A stretch of 50,531 nt of DNA from a virus (lineage: Duplodnaviria; Caudoviricetes). Location: IMG/VR virus record IMGVR_UViG_3300044620_000612, positions 1-50,531 of that record, one strand, 5' to 3'. Positions 19,011 to 26,297 of this stretch are shown here, piece by piece. The first letter of the stretch is position 1; every line of letters starts with the position of its first letter. The notes under the pieces were generated by a model. That model did no database searches. It saw nothing but the letters and a program-made list of their open reading frames with translations, and was not told the DNA's origin. The position numbers were made by a program, and so were the translations under genes.

Positions 19011-19724
19011 TCATACATTTGATTGCTCCTGTTGCAATTTGTTTTGCCACCTAAACAGCTTATTTTTTATGTACTTGTTTCTGGCCTTACACTCCCTGCA
19101 CCTTAAATTACGATTGCGATTCAACATACTAATCTTGCAGCTGTATTCGCATCCACAGTCCATGCACAGACCTATCTGGGATATAAGCTCATCTGTGGCA
19201 TACTCTTCTGACATACGCTTGATAGCCTGTCGAACTGCTTCACGGGTTATGCCCAGCCCCTTACCAATCTGCTGTAGTGTTTTACCCTGCAATATCCCTT
19301 CACATATAGTTTTCCTTTTCCCAGTAAGTCTACTGATTAGATTGTGAATTGAATCCTTATTTTCTATATTGAATGATGGATCTTTAGCTTTCACATCCTC
19401 GACCATATCGCAGACTGGCACATCGGCTTTTTCTGAAATATGGTTGAGCGATACATGGGTGTGCTTTTTAGCCTGATTGATTACCCATGATCGTTTATGC
19501 AGAACTAAACGAAACATGAGAGTAGATAGCTTTCCTTTCTCTGGATCGTAATACAGGATAGTTTGAACTAAACACGACAGAACCTCTTGATACCAATCCT
19601 CATCATCAAACCCCATTGGGCATTTTACTTTTTTAGAGAAAAACTTAGCTAACTTTATATTATCATTGAATAGCTTGTGCCCTTCGCAAGTCATCTTCCC
19701 ATCAATTGCAAATGGCGATAACAC
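19011..19724 (-). CDS. Sigma-70-family sigma factor 2 with C-terminal zinc ribbon
   Basis: YDPEKGKLSTL region 2; GKTLQQIGKGLGITREAVRQ region 4; CMDC...CREC. Confidence 0.85.
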   Translation of the reverse strand: MLSPFAIDGKMTCEGHKLFNDNIKLAKFFSKKVKCPMGFDDEDWYQEVLSCLVQTILYYDPEKGKLSTLMFRLVLHKRSWVINQAKKHTHVSLNHISEKADVPVCDMVEDVKAKDPSFNIENKDSIHNLISRLTGKRKTICEGILQGKTLQQIGKGLGITREAVRQAIKRMSEEYATDELISQIGLCMDCGCEYSCKISMLNRNRNLRCRECKARNKYIKNKLFRWQNKLQQEQSNV

Positions 19725-19981
19725 TAGAATAATTCCTTTCTACGCTGGAGCCCCAATTTTGAGCCCTGAGCCACTGTTTTGCCAAACTTGGGCAATACCT
19801 CAACGAAGTAGTCTAAACCGTCTGTAATGCAAAATTCAGAGGCATTGCGGGCAAGTTTGTAGGCCTCAGTCTCGCATTTCGTCAGTCGCTGCTTCTGGAT
19901 AGTCTTTCCATCACGCCAGTAGCGCAGTACGACTAGAAACGAATCACCATGAATTGGTGGCATGATTAGACCTCCTGCCAA
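19724..19981 (-). CDS. Hypothetical protein
   Basis: Operon-coupled ORF. Confidence 0.55.
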   Translation of the reverse strand: MAGGLIMPPIHGDSFLVVLRYWRDGKTIQKQRLTKCETEAYKLARNASEFCITDGLDYFVEVLPKFGKTVAQGSKLGLQRRKELF

Positions 19982-20250
19982 ACTGCTGAAGTGGCAGCTA
20001 TTTCGTCTATGAGATTGGCAGCTGCTAGTTCAGCATTAACCATAGCAGAGATGCAACAATCGTGTTCAGACTGAGATGCTTTAGATCTGCTGCCTAAGAA
20101 CCAAACCATTTGAATGTATTTCTTAGTTACAACGCATTGGTAAACACAAAGCATTATTTCGTCTTCTCTGACGATTCCTCGCTTAGTTAAGCTGGTAATA
20201 CTGGCGCAAATGCCATTACCTGACGGATTAACATTCCAATTGATCTTCAT
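19966..20250 (-). CDS. Hypothetical protein, first gene of the leftward operon
   Basis: AGGAGATAGGACA leader before ATG. Confidence 0.65.
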   Translation of the reverse strand: MKINWNVNPSGNGICASITSLTKRGIVREDEIMLCVYQCVVTKKYIQMVWFLGSRSKASQSEHDCCISAMVNAELAAANLIDEIAATSAVWQEV

Positions 20251-20300
20251 TGTCCTATCTCCTCTTTCCTTTGCGTCGAACTTTGTTGTTCGATGATTTA

Positions 20301-20329
20301 TTTATAGACCACCTATCGAACCGTGTCAA
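20301..20329 (-). promoter_or_regulatory. Sigma-70 promoter for the leftward arm
   Basis: TTGACA-N17-TATAAA with AT-rich upstream DNA. Confidence 0.7.
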
Positions 20330-20478
20330 GCCGTTTGTTCAATTATTTTTATTATTTTTTATTCTCTATTATTTTCTTAATAGCTAGTTGCCCTAAAAAT
20401 GGCTTATTCTAATTACGCACAATCTTTATGGCTATTCGTATCTCCTTCTGGAATAGTGACTTATGGAATTGGAAACGA

Positions 20479-20495
20479 TTGGCACGGGATTTGCT
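20479..20495 (+). promoter_or_regulatory. Sigma-54 (-24/-12) consensus site
   Basis: TTGGCACGGGATTTGCT. Confidence 0.6.
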
Positions 20496-20536
20496 ATTAG
20501 TATATAGTATACTAAGTTAGTTAAATAATATAAGCT

Positions 20537-20608
20537 AAAAATTGACGGTTAGAGGGAGGAGGGGGACGCTGCGGAGCAAGTCCAACCCTCATCCCGCCGT
20601 CAATTTTT
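20537..20608. repeat. Hairpin A (origin/priming-signal candidate)
   Basis: AAAAATTGACGG/CCGTCAATTTTT stem; contains CGGAGCAAGTCC. Confidence 0.6.
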
Positions 20609-20718
20609 TAATTGTCTAGTTAAATTAATAATAGGGGTAAAAAAAAATTGAGAAAATCGCCGTTCGTTGCTAGAGTATTTCAGCGTAGTTAAGATGCAAA
20701 AAAAATGGAGAGGGGAGA

Positions 20719-20886
20719 ATGGAATACAAAGATTTATACCGGCCTGAAAATGTGATGCTGCTGGCCAAATTGACTGATAAAGCGATTGGCTTGATTATAA
20801 ATAAAAAGTCAAATCCAAGCCCAGATGAAATAGATCTAATCAGGAAGGACTTATTTAAGAAGCAGAGTGAAGTGTTGAATGGTTAA
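20719..20886 (+). CDS. Small hypothetical protein (55 aa)
   Basis: GGAG RBS; MEYKDLYRPENV...EVLNG; too short for the ORF track. Confidence 0.45.
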   Translation: MEYKDLYRPENVMLLAKLTDKAIGLIINKKSNPSPDEIDLIRKDLFKKQSEVLNG

Positions 20887-20894
20887 GCGCAAAA

Positions 20895-20977
20895 GGGATT
20901 ATTGCCCTTCGGCGGGCGGGACTTGCTCCGAGGAAGCCTCGTCGCCCCCTATACCCCGCCTTTACGGGCATAATCCC
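20895..20977. repeat. Hairpin B (origin/priming-signal candidate)
   Basis: GGGATTATTGCCC/GGGCATAATCCC stem; contains GGACTTGCTCCG, the reverse complement of the hairpin A core. Confidence 0.6.
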
Positions 20978-21021
20978 GGCTAAGCTAAAGCGGGGATACC
21001 CCGCACCCCAAAGGATAAATT

Positions 21022-21303
21022 ATGCTGAGATATGAACAGATACAGGAGTTAGCAATTGCCAGTGAACAAGACATTCCAATGCTTGCAGATTTTGATGATT
21101 GTATTGCTGGTGTGATTTATAAGAAAAACAAGTATTATGTAGTTTATAGTAGGTCTAAGATTCTAGATAAGTTGATGAACGACAATGGATGGCAATATCT
21201 CGACGCATTAGATTATTATGAATTCAATATTGAATGCGCTTATTATGGACCACAATCGCCATTGATACTTATCGACGAATTACCCGATGGGCCAAATCTA
21301 TGA
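21022..21303 (+). CDS. Conserved phage hypothetical protein
   Basis: FDDCIAGV...VVYS...ALDYYEFNIECAYYG pattern; AAGGA RBS. Confidence 0.7.
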   Translation: MLRYEQIQELAIASEQDIPMLADFDDCIAGVIYKKNKYYVVYSRSKILDKLMNDNGWQYLDALDYYEFNIECAYYGPQSPLILIDELPDGPNL

Positions 21304-21719
21304 GTATTCTATCTAGACTGATTGATCCTATATGGTCAATTACTGTTCCAGCCCCCACAAGCAACAACAAGATGTATATGCCAGTGGGTAACAAAGGAAG
21401 GGGCGGGAGCAGACTAATAATCAGTCCAGAATATAGATTGTGGCGAGAGAGTTTGAACCTGCTTGAATGGAACAGTCCGATCATTGATGGAAGAGTATTT
21501 GTTGGAATTGAGGTTCGCCCCGGCCAGACCATGACAGACAAATCTGATTCAGATGGCTTTATTAAAGCTAGCATTGATTGCCTTGTACGGCATGGAGTGC
21601 TAGCAGACGATAGTCGAAAATATGTAGTTGGTTCACTATGCTATTTTGGTAGACCAGTTATTGAATGTATCCACGAAGGTTATGCCATAATTTCAGTATA
21701 TCCAGAGAGCATTTTATGA
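21300..21719 (+). CDS. rusA: RusA-like Holliday junction resolvase
   Basis: PAPTSNNKMY...DSDGFIKASIDCL...GVLADDS; ATGA coupling to the upstream gene. Confidence 0.75.
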   Translation: MSILSRLIDPIWSITVPAPTSNNKMYMPVGNKGRGGSRLIISPEYRLWRESLNLLEWNSPIIDGRVFVGIEVRPGQTMTDKSDSDGFIKASIDCLVRHGVLADDSRKYVVGSLCYFGRPVIECIHEGYAIISVYPESIL

Positions 21720-21967
21720 TGACATATTATTACATTTGGAATAAGATGAGAGCGTTGAAAGGTGAGATTTATGTTCTAGAATCTAAAGCTCGTAATGGAA
21801 GCATTAGCGTTGAGCAGATAAATAGATTGGTTGAGCTAGAATCAGATCATGAGCATTTGGAAATGCTAGAATCTATCTGGAATAAATATGGGGAGAGCGG
21901 ATTCGATGGATATAAACCAAAACAAGAATTCGTCGATGAGCGCAATAAAGCTAAAGCGATTAGCTGA
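21716..21967 (+). CDS. Hypothetical protein
   Basis: ATGA-coupled ORF. Confidence 0.55.
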   Translation: MMTYYYIWNKMRALKGEIYVLESKARNGSISVEQINRLVELESDHEHLEMLESIWNKYGESGFDGYKPKQEFVDERNKAKAIS

Positions 21968-22154
21968 ACTAAAAGAATTTGTATACTCAGATAGAATTGA
22001 TCCTGACAAATTTAGGATCACAGTATCGGATGCGCTGCTCTTGCTGGAGAGTCAATGGGAAGAGTATTGTAATGGTGCAGAGGTTGCATTCCAGATCCAA
22101 CGGGAATCAGATATAGCCAAGCTATTATCTAAAGAGGAAATCAAGCCCGTTTAG
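21936..22154 (+). CDS. Hypothetical protein
   Basis: Overlapping last ORF of the short rightward operon. Confidence 0.45.
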   Translation: MSAIKLKRLAELKEFVYSDRIDPDKFRITVSDALLLLESQWEEYCNGAEVAFQIQRESDIAKLLSKEEIKPV

Positions 22155-22285
22155 GAAATCTCTAGAATTAAAAAGTCACTTTTTTTTAAAGCGGAAATTG
22201 AGCATAGTCAGGAAAACTAAGCATTTATTTATACGATTTATTTTGAGACGATTTTTTCAACTCCCGGTTCAATCTGGGCCAGTTC

Positions 22286-22416
22286 TTAGCTAATTTCTGA
22301 CGCAATTCCTAAACTAATTTCAATTAATGCGCCAGCCATAGTTTACTTGTGGGCCAACAACTTACGGCAATTGCGTTAGCTAAAATTGACGCAATGCGGG
22401 GATAATTTTACGCAAT
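22286..22416. repeat. Cluster of four TNACGCAAT boxes
   Basis: Copies at 22298, 22370 (reverse), 22387 and 22408; two preceded by TTAGCTAA. Confidence 0.65.
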
Positions 22417-22594
22417 AAAGTTTAGGACTGGTTCGCTTCTCGCCTTGGAGCAGTCATTGGATAAGCTGGGAATAAGTTTGGGGGAAAAATAATTTTTAAA
22501 AAATTCCCGGCTTATATTTTTTATTTTTCGAATACCCATTTTTGACCCCAAAAATTCTGGCGGTATTTCGGATCGGTTATATATTTTTATACCC

Positions 22595-22624
22595 TGTGGG
22601 GGTGGTGTGGGGGTGGTGTGGGGT
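22595..22624 (+). repeat. 11-bp G-rich tandem repeat (TGTGGGGGTGG x2.7)
   Basis: Read directly from the sequence. Confidence 0.85.
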
Positions 22625-22631
22625 TTGATAT

Positions 22632-22651
22632 AAGCTTTGATATCAAAGCTT
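22632..22651. repeat. Perfect 20-bp palindrome AAGCTTTGATATCAAAGCTT
   Basis: Self-complementary. Confidence 0.9.
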
Positions 22652-22701
22652 TTTCAACTTCCTTTCCCTTCCCTTCCTTTGGTTTTCTTTCCCACCCTTA
22701 T

Positions 22702-22731
22702 ATACTATCGGTTTAAATGCTTTACTTGCAA
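22702..22731 (-). promoter_or_regulatory. Leftward sigma-70-like promoter with no downstream ORF
   Basis: TTGCAA-N18-TAGTAT. Confidence 0.45.
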
Positions 22732-22817
22732 GTCTTTATAAGGCAAGATAGCAATATTAGACTTTTTTGTTTTTTTCTCTTTTTTTTACTTTTTTTCTTT
22801 TTTATTGTTTTTTTGTG

Positions 22818-22846
22818 TTGACAAGTAAAAAAGCATACGATAGTAT
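22818..22846 (+). promoter_or_regulatory. Strong early sigma-70 promoter P1
   Basis: TTGACA-N17-TAGTAT preceded by long T tracts. Confidence 0.85.
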
Positions 22847-22898
22847 TAAAGAAGACAAGTAAGAAAGCTTGTCAGCACAAAAGGAAAGGAAGTGGATT

Positions 22899-23093
22899 AT
22901 GGAATATACCGCAGACATGAAAGTACTTCAAGTTGCAACCGCCTTGAGAATCCAAGCCAATACAGGCTTAAAGCATTCTAAGGGTAGTGTATTAAAGCTT
23001 GCCAAAGCCTTGTATCTAGTGAAAGGTAATACAGCCCGCCAAGTACTAGAATCAATGAAAGAATGCTTTTCTAATATTCCAAAGCATTGGTAA
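22899..23093 (+). CDS. Early hypothetical protein
   Basis: ATG follows the AAGGAAAGGAAGTGGATT leader. Confidence 0.75.
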   Translation: MEYTADMKVLQVATALRIQANTGLKHSKGSVLKLAKALYLVKGNTARQVLESMKECFSNIPKHW

Positions 23094-23105
23094 AATACTA
23101 GGCTT

Positions 23106-23134
23106 GGGGGCTTGCCTTAAAAAAGCCCTTTTTT
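23106..23134 (+). terminator. Rho-independent terminator
   Basis: GGGCTT/AAGCCC stem followed by a T run. Confidence 0.65.
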
Positions 23135-23172
23135 GTTTTTTTTCTTTTTTTTTACTTTTTTTGTTTTTTCTC

Positions 23173-23201
23173 TTGACAAGCTTTTGAGTGTAGCATATAG
23201 T
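23173..23201 (+). promoter_or_regulatory. Strong early sigma-70 promoter P2
   Basis: TTGACA-N17-TATAGT with upstream T tracts. Confidence 0.85.
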
Positions 23202-23251
23202 AATAACACAAGGCAAAAAGCCTTGGGAACCAAAAGGAAAGGAATTGGATT

Positions 23252-23467
23252 ATGACAAGGCAAGAGGTTATGGCAAGTGAAGGCTTTGTTATTACTTGGG
23301 ATACCAAAGAATTACAAGAAAGCTTCGAAGTATTAGGCTTTTGCCTAGGCTTTTGTGGGGTTAAGTGTCGAAAGACTGGCAAGCTTGGGAGTCTTTCTTT
23401 TGATAGGTATCAAATAGATGATAAGGCCACAAGGCTTTATCATTCTTTGGTGTGGGATTCCAAGTAA
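23252..23467 (+). CDS. Early hypothetical protein
   Basis: Leader motif; WDTxELQxxFEVLGF...GxLGSLxF...RLY pattern. Confidence 0.75.
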   Translation: MTRQEVMASEGFVITWDTKELQESFEVLGFCLGFCGVKCRKTGKLGSLSFDRYQIDDKATRLYHSLVWDSK

Positions 23468-23490
23468 TTAAAAGGAAAGGAAAGTGGATT

Positions 23491-23778
23491 ATGGAAAGTA
23501 AAAAGCTTTTTTGGGGTGCGGATCGTAGGGTATCCAATATGGTAATACCCAAGTCTTGGGATGGTATAATCACGCAAAATGGCGATCGTATTACCTTTTC
23601 TTTTATTCAAGAGGATCCCAAGACTTACCTAGTCTTTGGGTACTTATCATCTTTGCTTGAAACGCAAAAAGACTATAGGCTTGTGACAAGAATGCCAAAG
23701 TCTTTACTTTTCAAGCTTTTTGGCGATAAGGAAGCCTTTTTGTTCTACTGTGACAAGCTTTGGATTGAAACCCGATAA
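23491..23778 (+). CDS. Early hypothetical protein
   Basis: Leader motif before ATG 23491. Confidence 0.7.
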   Translation: MESKKLFWGADRRVSNMVIPKSWDGIITQNGDRITFSFIQEDPKTYLVFGYLSSLLETQKDYRLVTRMPKSLLFKLFGDKEAFLFYCDKLWIETR

Positions 23779-23794
23779 GAAAGGAAAGTGGATT

Positions 23795-24184
23795 ATGCGC
23801 AATGAGAAAAGGATCAAAGAGGTTCTTGATAGTACTTTGCAAAAGCACTATGTCAAGGAAGCTTTCAGACTTTTAGAATTAAAAGATTTTTCTTTTGAAG
23901 AATTTGAAACCCTTTTGATAAGTACTTGTAAAGTGGCTAAGGGTATCGTATCTTTCAAAAAAGCTTATAATGGGCCAAGTGAGCTTACAAAAGTCTTTCT
24001 TGTGGTCTGGCATGACAAGCTGAGGGAAGACGGACTAAAAAAGCAGCTTGGAAGCTTTTATAATACTTTTGACTTTTCAAGGCAGACAAGCTTTTACTGC
24101 TCTGCATTTGACTTTCAATTATATTTAAAGGCTTTAAGCCTTGTAAGTCTTTTACGGTCTTGTTTTGGTATGGAAGTAAAATAA
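23795..24184 (+). CDS. Early hypothetical protein
   Basis: Leader motif before ATG 23795. Confidence 0.7.
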   Translation: MRNEKRIKEVLDSTLQKHYVKEAFRLLELKDFSFEEFETLLISTCKVAKGIVSFKKAYNGPSELTKVFLVVWHDKLREDGLKKQLGSFYNTFDFSRQTSFYCSAFDFQLYLKALSLVSLLRSCFGMEVK

Positions 24185-24205
24185 ATAAAGGAAAGGAAGT
24201 GGATT

Positions 24206-24925
24206 ATGGAAGGTAATAGGTTGGCATTTGCGGTAGAAGTAAGTGAGAACAAAAAGGTGGGCTTGTCGTCTGGCACATATGCTAGCCAAGTGAGTACTTG
24301 CCCCGATTCTTGCCCCTTAAAGCCTACCGTTGATAGTAAAGGTAAGGTAATAAAGACCAATGGCTGTTATGCCAATGGCACTATGGTTGCCATGCAAAGC
24401 GCAAAGCTTAACCAAGCCCCTAGGCAAAGCCCAAGAGAAGCACAAAGGCAAGAGGTAAAAGCTATTGAAGGCTTGACTGGTAACCTAGACTTGCGAGTTC
24501 ACATAGTGGGTGACTGTGTTGACGATACCCATGCAAAAGCCTTGTCAAAAGCTATGTTAGCACATAGGCAAAAGAAAGGCAAAGCAGCTTGGACATATAC
24601 CCATAATTGGCGCAAAATAAAGGCTTCAAGCTGGCAAGGGGAAAGTGTATTGGCAAGCTGTGATAGTCTAAGTCAAGTAAAAGAGGCTAAAAATCTTGGC
24701 TATTCTTCAGCTGTAATAGTAGACTCTTTCGATAGTCAAAAAGTATATGTCAAGGATGGTATCAAGCTTTTGCCTTGCCTATACCAAACAAAAGGCATTC
24801 AGTGTGTTGATTGTAGGCTTTGCTTGGATAGTCAAAAGCTTTCAAGGCTTGGGCTTACCATAGCTTTTGTTCCGCATGGCGGGGGTAAGGCAAAGGCTAG
24901 AATCTCTTTGGGTATGGTATCCTAA
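24206..24925 (+). CDS. Cys-cluster early protein (gp88/DUF7227-like, radical-SAM-related)
   Basis: TCPDSCPL...GCYA, LRVHIVGD, WTYTH, ASCDS, CxxxxxxxxCVDCRLC. Confidence 0.7.
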   Translation: MEGNRLAFAVEVSENKKVGLSSGTYASQVSTCPDSCPLKPTVDSKGKVIKTNGCYANGTMVAMQSAKLNQAPRQSPREAQRQEVKAIEGLTGNLDLRVHIVGDCVDDTHAKALSKAMLAHRQKKGKAAWTYTHNWRKIKASSWQGESVLASCDSLSQVKEAKNLGYSSAVIVDSFDSQKVYVKDGIKLLPCLYQTKGIQCVDCRLCLDSQKLSRLGLTIAFVPHGGGKAKARISLGMVS

Positions 24926-24946
24926 CAAAAGAAAGGAAAGTGGATT

Positions 24947-25228
24947 ATGTTGCCCTACTCTGTTTTAGTGAAGTACTTGCCACCAACCGATTGCAAGGGT
25001 AGTAGGTTGAAAGCCTCTTGTGATGGTAAAAGTATTACAATTGGCTTTGATAATTCTTTGAATATTGATAAGAATTTTGATAATGCTTGTTTGGCTTTAA
25101 TTAAAAAGCTTGGCTTTTTTAAAGGAAGCTTAAGCCAATATTACCTAACAAGGGGAACAGTAAAAGAAAGGGAAAGAGTATACTCTTTCCACAGTTTCCA
25201 CACAAGGCTTGAGATTCCAAAGTATTAA
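24947..25228 (+). CDS. Early hypothetical protein
   Basis: Leader motif; KYLPPTDCKGSRLKA pattern common in phage early genes. Confidence 0.75.
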   Translation: MLPYSVLVKYLPPTDCKGSRLKASCDGKSITIGFDNSLNIDKNFDNACLALIKKLGFFKGSLSQYYLTRGTVKERERVYSFHSFHTRLEIPKY

Positions 25229-25235
25229 CCAAAAC

Positions 25236-25266
25236 AAAAAGCCTTGGCGCGGGCTTGGGCTTTTTT
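25236..25266 (+). terminator. Rho-independent terminator
   Basis: AAAAAGCC...GGCTTTTTT. Confidence 0.7.
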
Positions 25267-25304
25267 CTTTTTTTTCTTTTTTTTACTTTTTTTATAATTA
25301 AGCC

Positions 25305-25333
25305 TTGACAAGCTTTTGCCTATGGTATATTCT
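25305..25333 (+). promoter_or_regulatory. Strong early sigma-70 promoter P3
   Basis: TTGACA-N17-TATTCT with upstream T tracts. Confidence 0.8.
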
Positions 25334-25386
25334 TTAATTACAAGCCTAAAAGAAAGGCTTGAAACAAAGGAAAGAGGAAGTGGATT

Positions 25387-25599
25387 ATGAATATTCTTAT
25401 CGTAGTGCCAGCCTATGGTCGTGACTATAAAAGCCAAAAGGAAGTAAAGGAAGCTTGGGCACAAGGCAAAGACTTTATAATAGCTTCTATGCATTCGGAT
25501 GATTATGGCCGATATGTAAACAATGAAGATGCACCTAAAAAAAGCTATGTTAACATACGGTTTAAGAAAGGGGCTGGATTAGTTGTAATAAAGACTTAG
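25387..25599 (+). CDS. Early hypothetical protein
   Basis: Leader motif; PAYGRDYKS...WxxGKDF pattern. Confidence 0.8.
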   Translation: MNILIVVPAYGRDYKSQKEVKEAWAQGKDFIIASMHSDDYGRYVNNEDAPKKSYVNIRFKKGAGLVVIKT

Positions 25600-25610
25600 G
25601 CTAATATTAT

Positions 25611-25660
25611 AAGGCTTGGCTTGGTAGCCTTTAAGCTTGGTTCGATCCCAAGCAAGTCTT
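25611..25660 (+). ncRNA. Miniature tRNA-like element lacking an anticodon arm
   Basis: AAGGCTT/AAGTCTT acceptor-like stem, GGCT-TGGT-AGCC D-like hairpin, GCTTGG-TTCGATC-CCAAGC T-arm. Confidence 0.55.
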
Positions 25661-25710
25661 TTGCCCACTTTGGGCTTTTGTAGGGTAATAGGATAAAAGG
25701 AAGGCTTGCC

Positions 25711-26160
25711 ATGAAAGTTAAAAAAGATTCTTTCATTCTTTCCATAGTTGAACGCACGGTAAAAGAATGTGAAAGAGAAGGAACTAATTGGGGTGAAGTA
25801 ATAGACGATAGGCTTGAAGAAAATGGTATAGAATTGCATGACGATAAACCCGATGGTAGGGATCATAATATAATAGCAAGGCTTGCCGATGGCAGGGAAA
25901 TATATTGTGAGACGGACGGAAGCGGAAGCTTGGGAATAACCAATAAATACTGGCATTACAATTATGAAATAGAAGGCCTAGAAGGAAGTGAAGATACCGT
26001 TACAGCTCGTAACCTATCGGAAGCCGTAAGAATTGCCAAAGATTGGCTTGGTGTAAAGTACTTAGCAAGCTTAAAGCTAACAAAGCCTTCAAGCCTTTGG
26101 GTAAGCGGTCCCGATGGTGAACATGGTGAGACGATTACAATCCAAAGCCTTTTAAAATAA
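25711..26160 (+). CDS. Early hypothetical protein
   Basis: AAGGAAGG RBS; 149 aa. Confidence 0.7.
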   Translation: MKVKKDSFILSIVERTVKECEREGTNWGEVIDDRLEENGIELHDDKPDGRDHNIIARLADGREIYCETDGSGSLGITNKYWHYNYEIEGLEGSEDTVTARNLSEAVRIAKDWLGVKYLASLKLTKPSSLWVSGPDGEHGETITIQSLLK

Positions 26161-26181
26161 ATAAATATAAATAATAATATT

Positions 26182-26216
26182 AAAAAAAGCCTTGCCTAAT
26201 AAGCTTGGCTTTTTTT
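26182..26216 (+). terminator. Rho-independent terminator ending the early module
   Basis: AAAAAAAGCC...GGCTTTTTTT. Confidence 0.75.
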
Positions 26217-26297
26217 ATTTATTTATTATTAATTATTAGATTGGAATGGGTAAGTGTAGTGGATAAATTGTAAGCTATATTTAACTAACTATGCTAC

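Noticed and set aside
22880-25389. CRISPR array from the repeated ~22-nt motif
   Set aside because: Copies are separated by whole genes (240-740 nt) and end at start codons; no cas genes.
25225-25494. Minus-strand ORF with poly-Lys
   Set aside because: Arises from the T tracts upstream of promoter P3 and overlaps a well-supported plus-strand gene.
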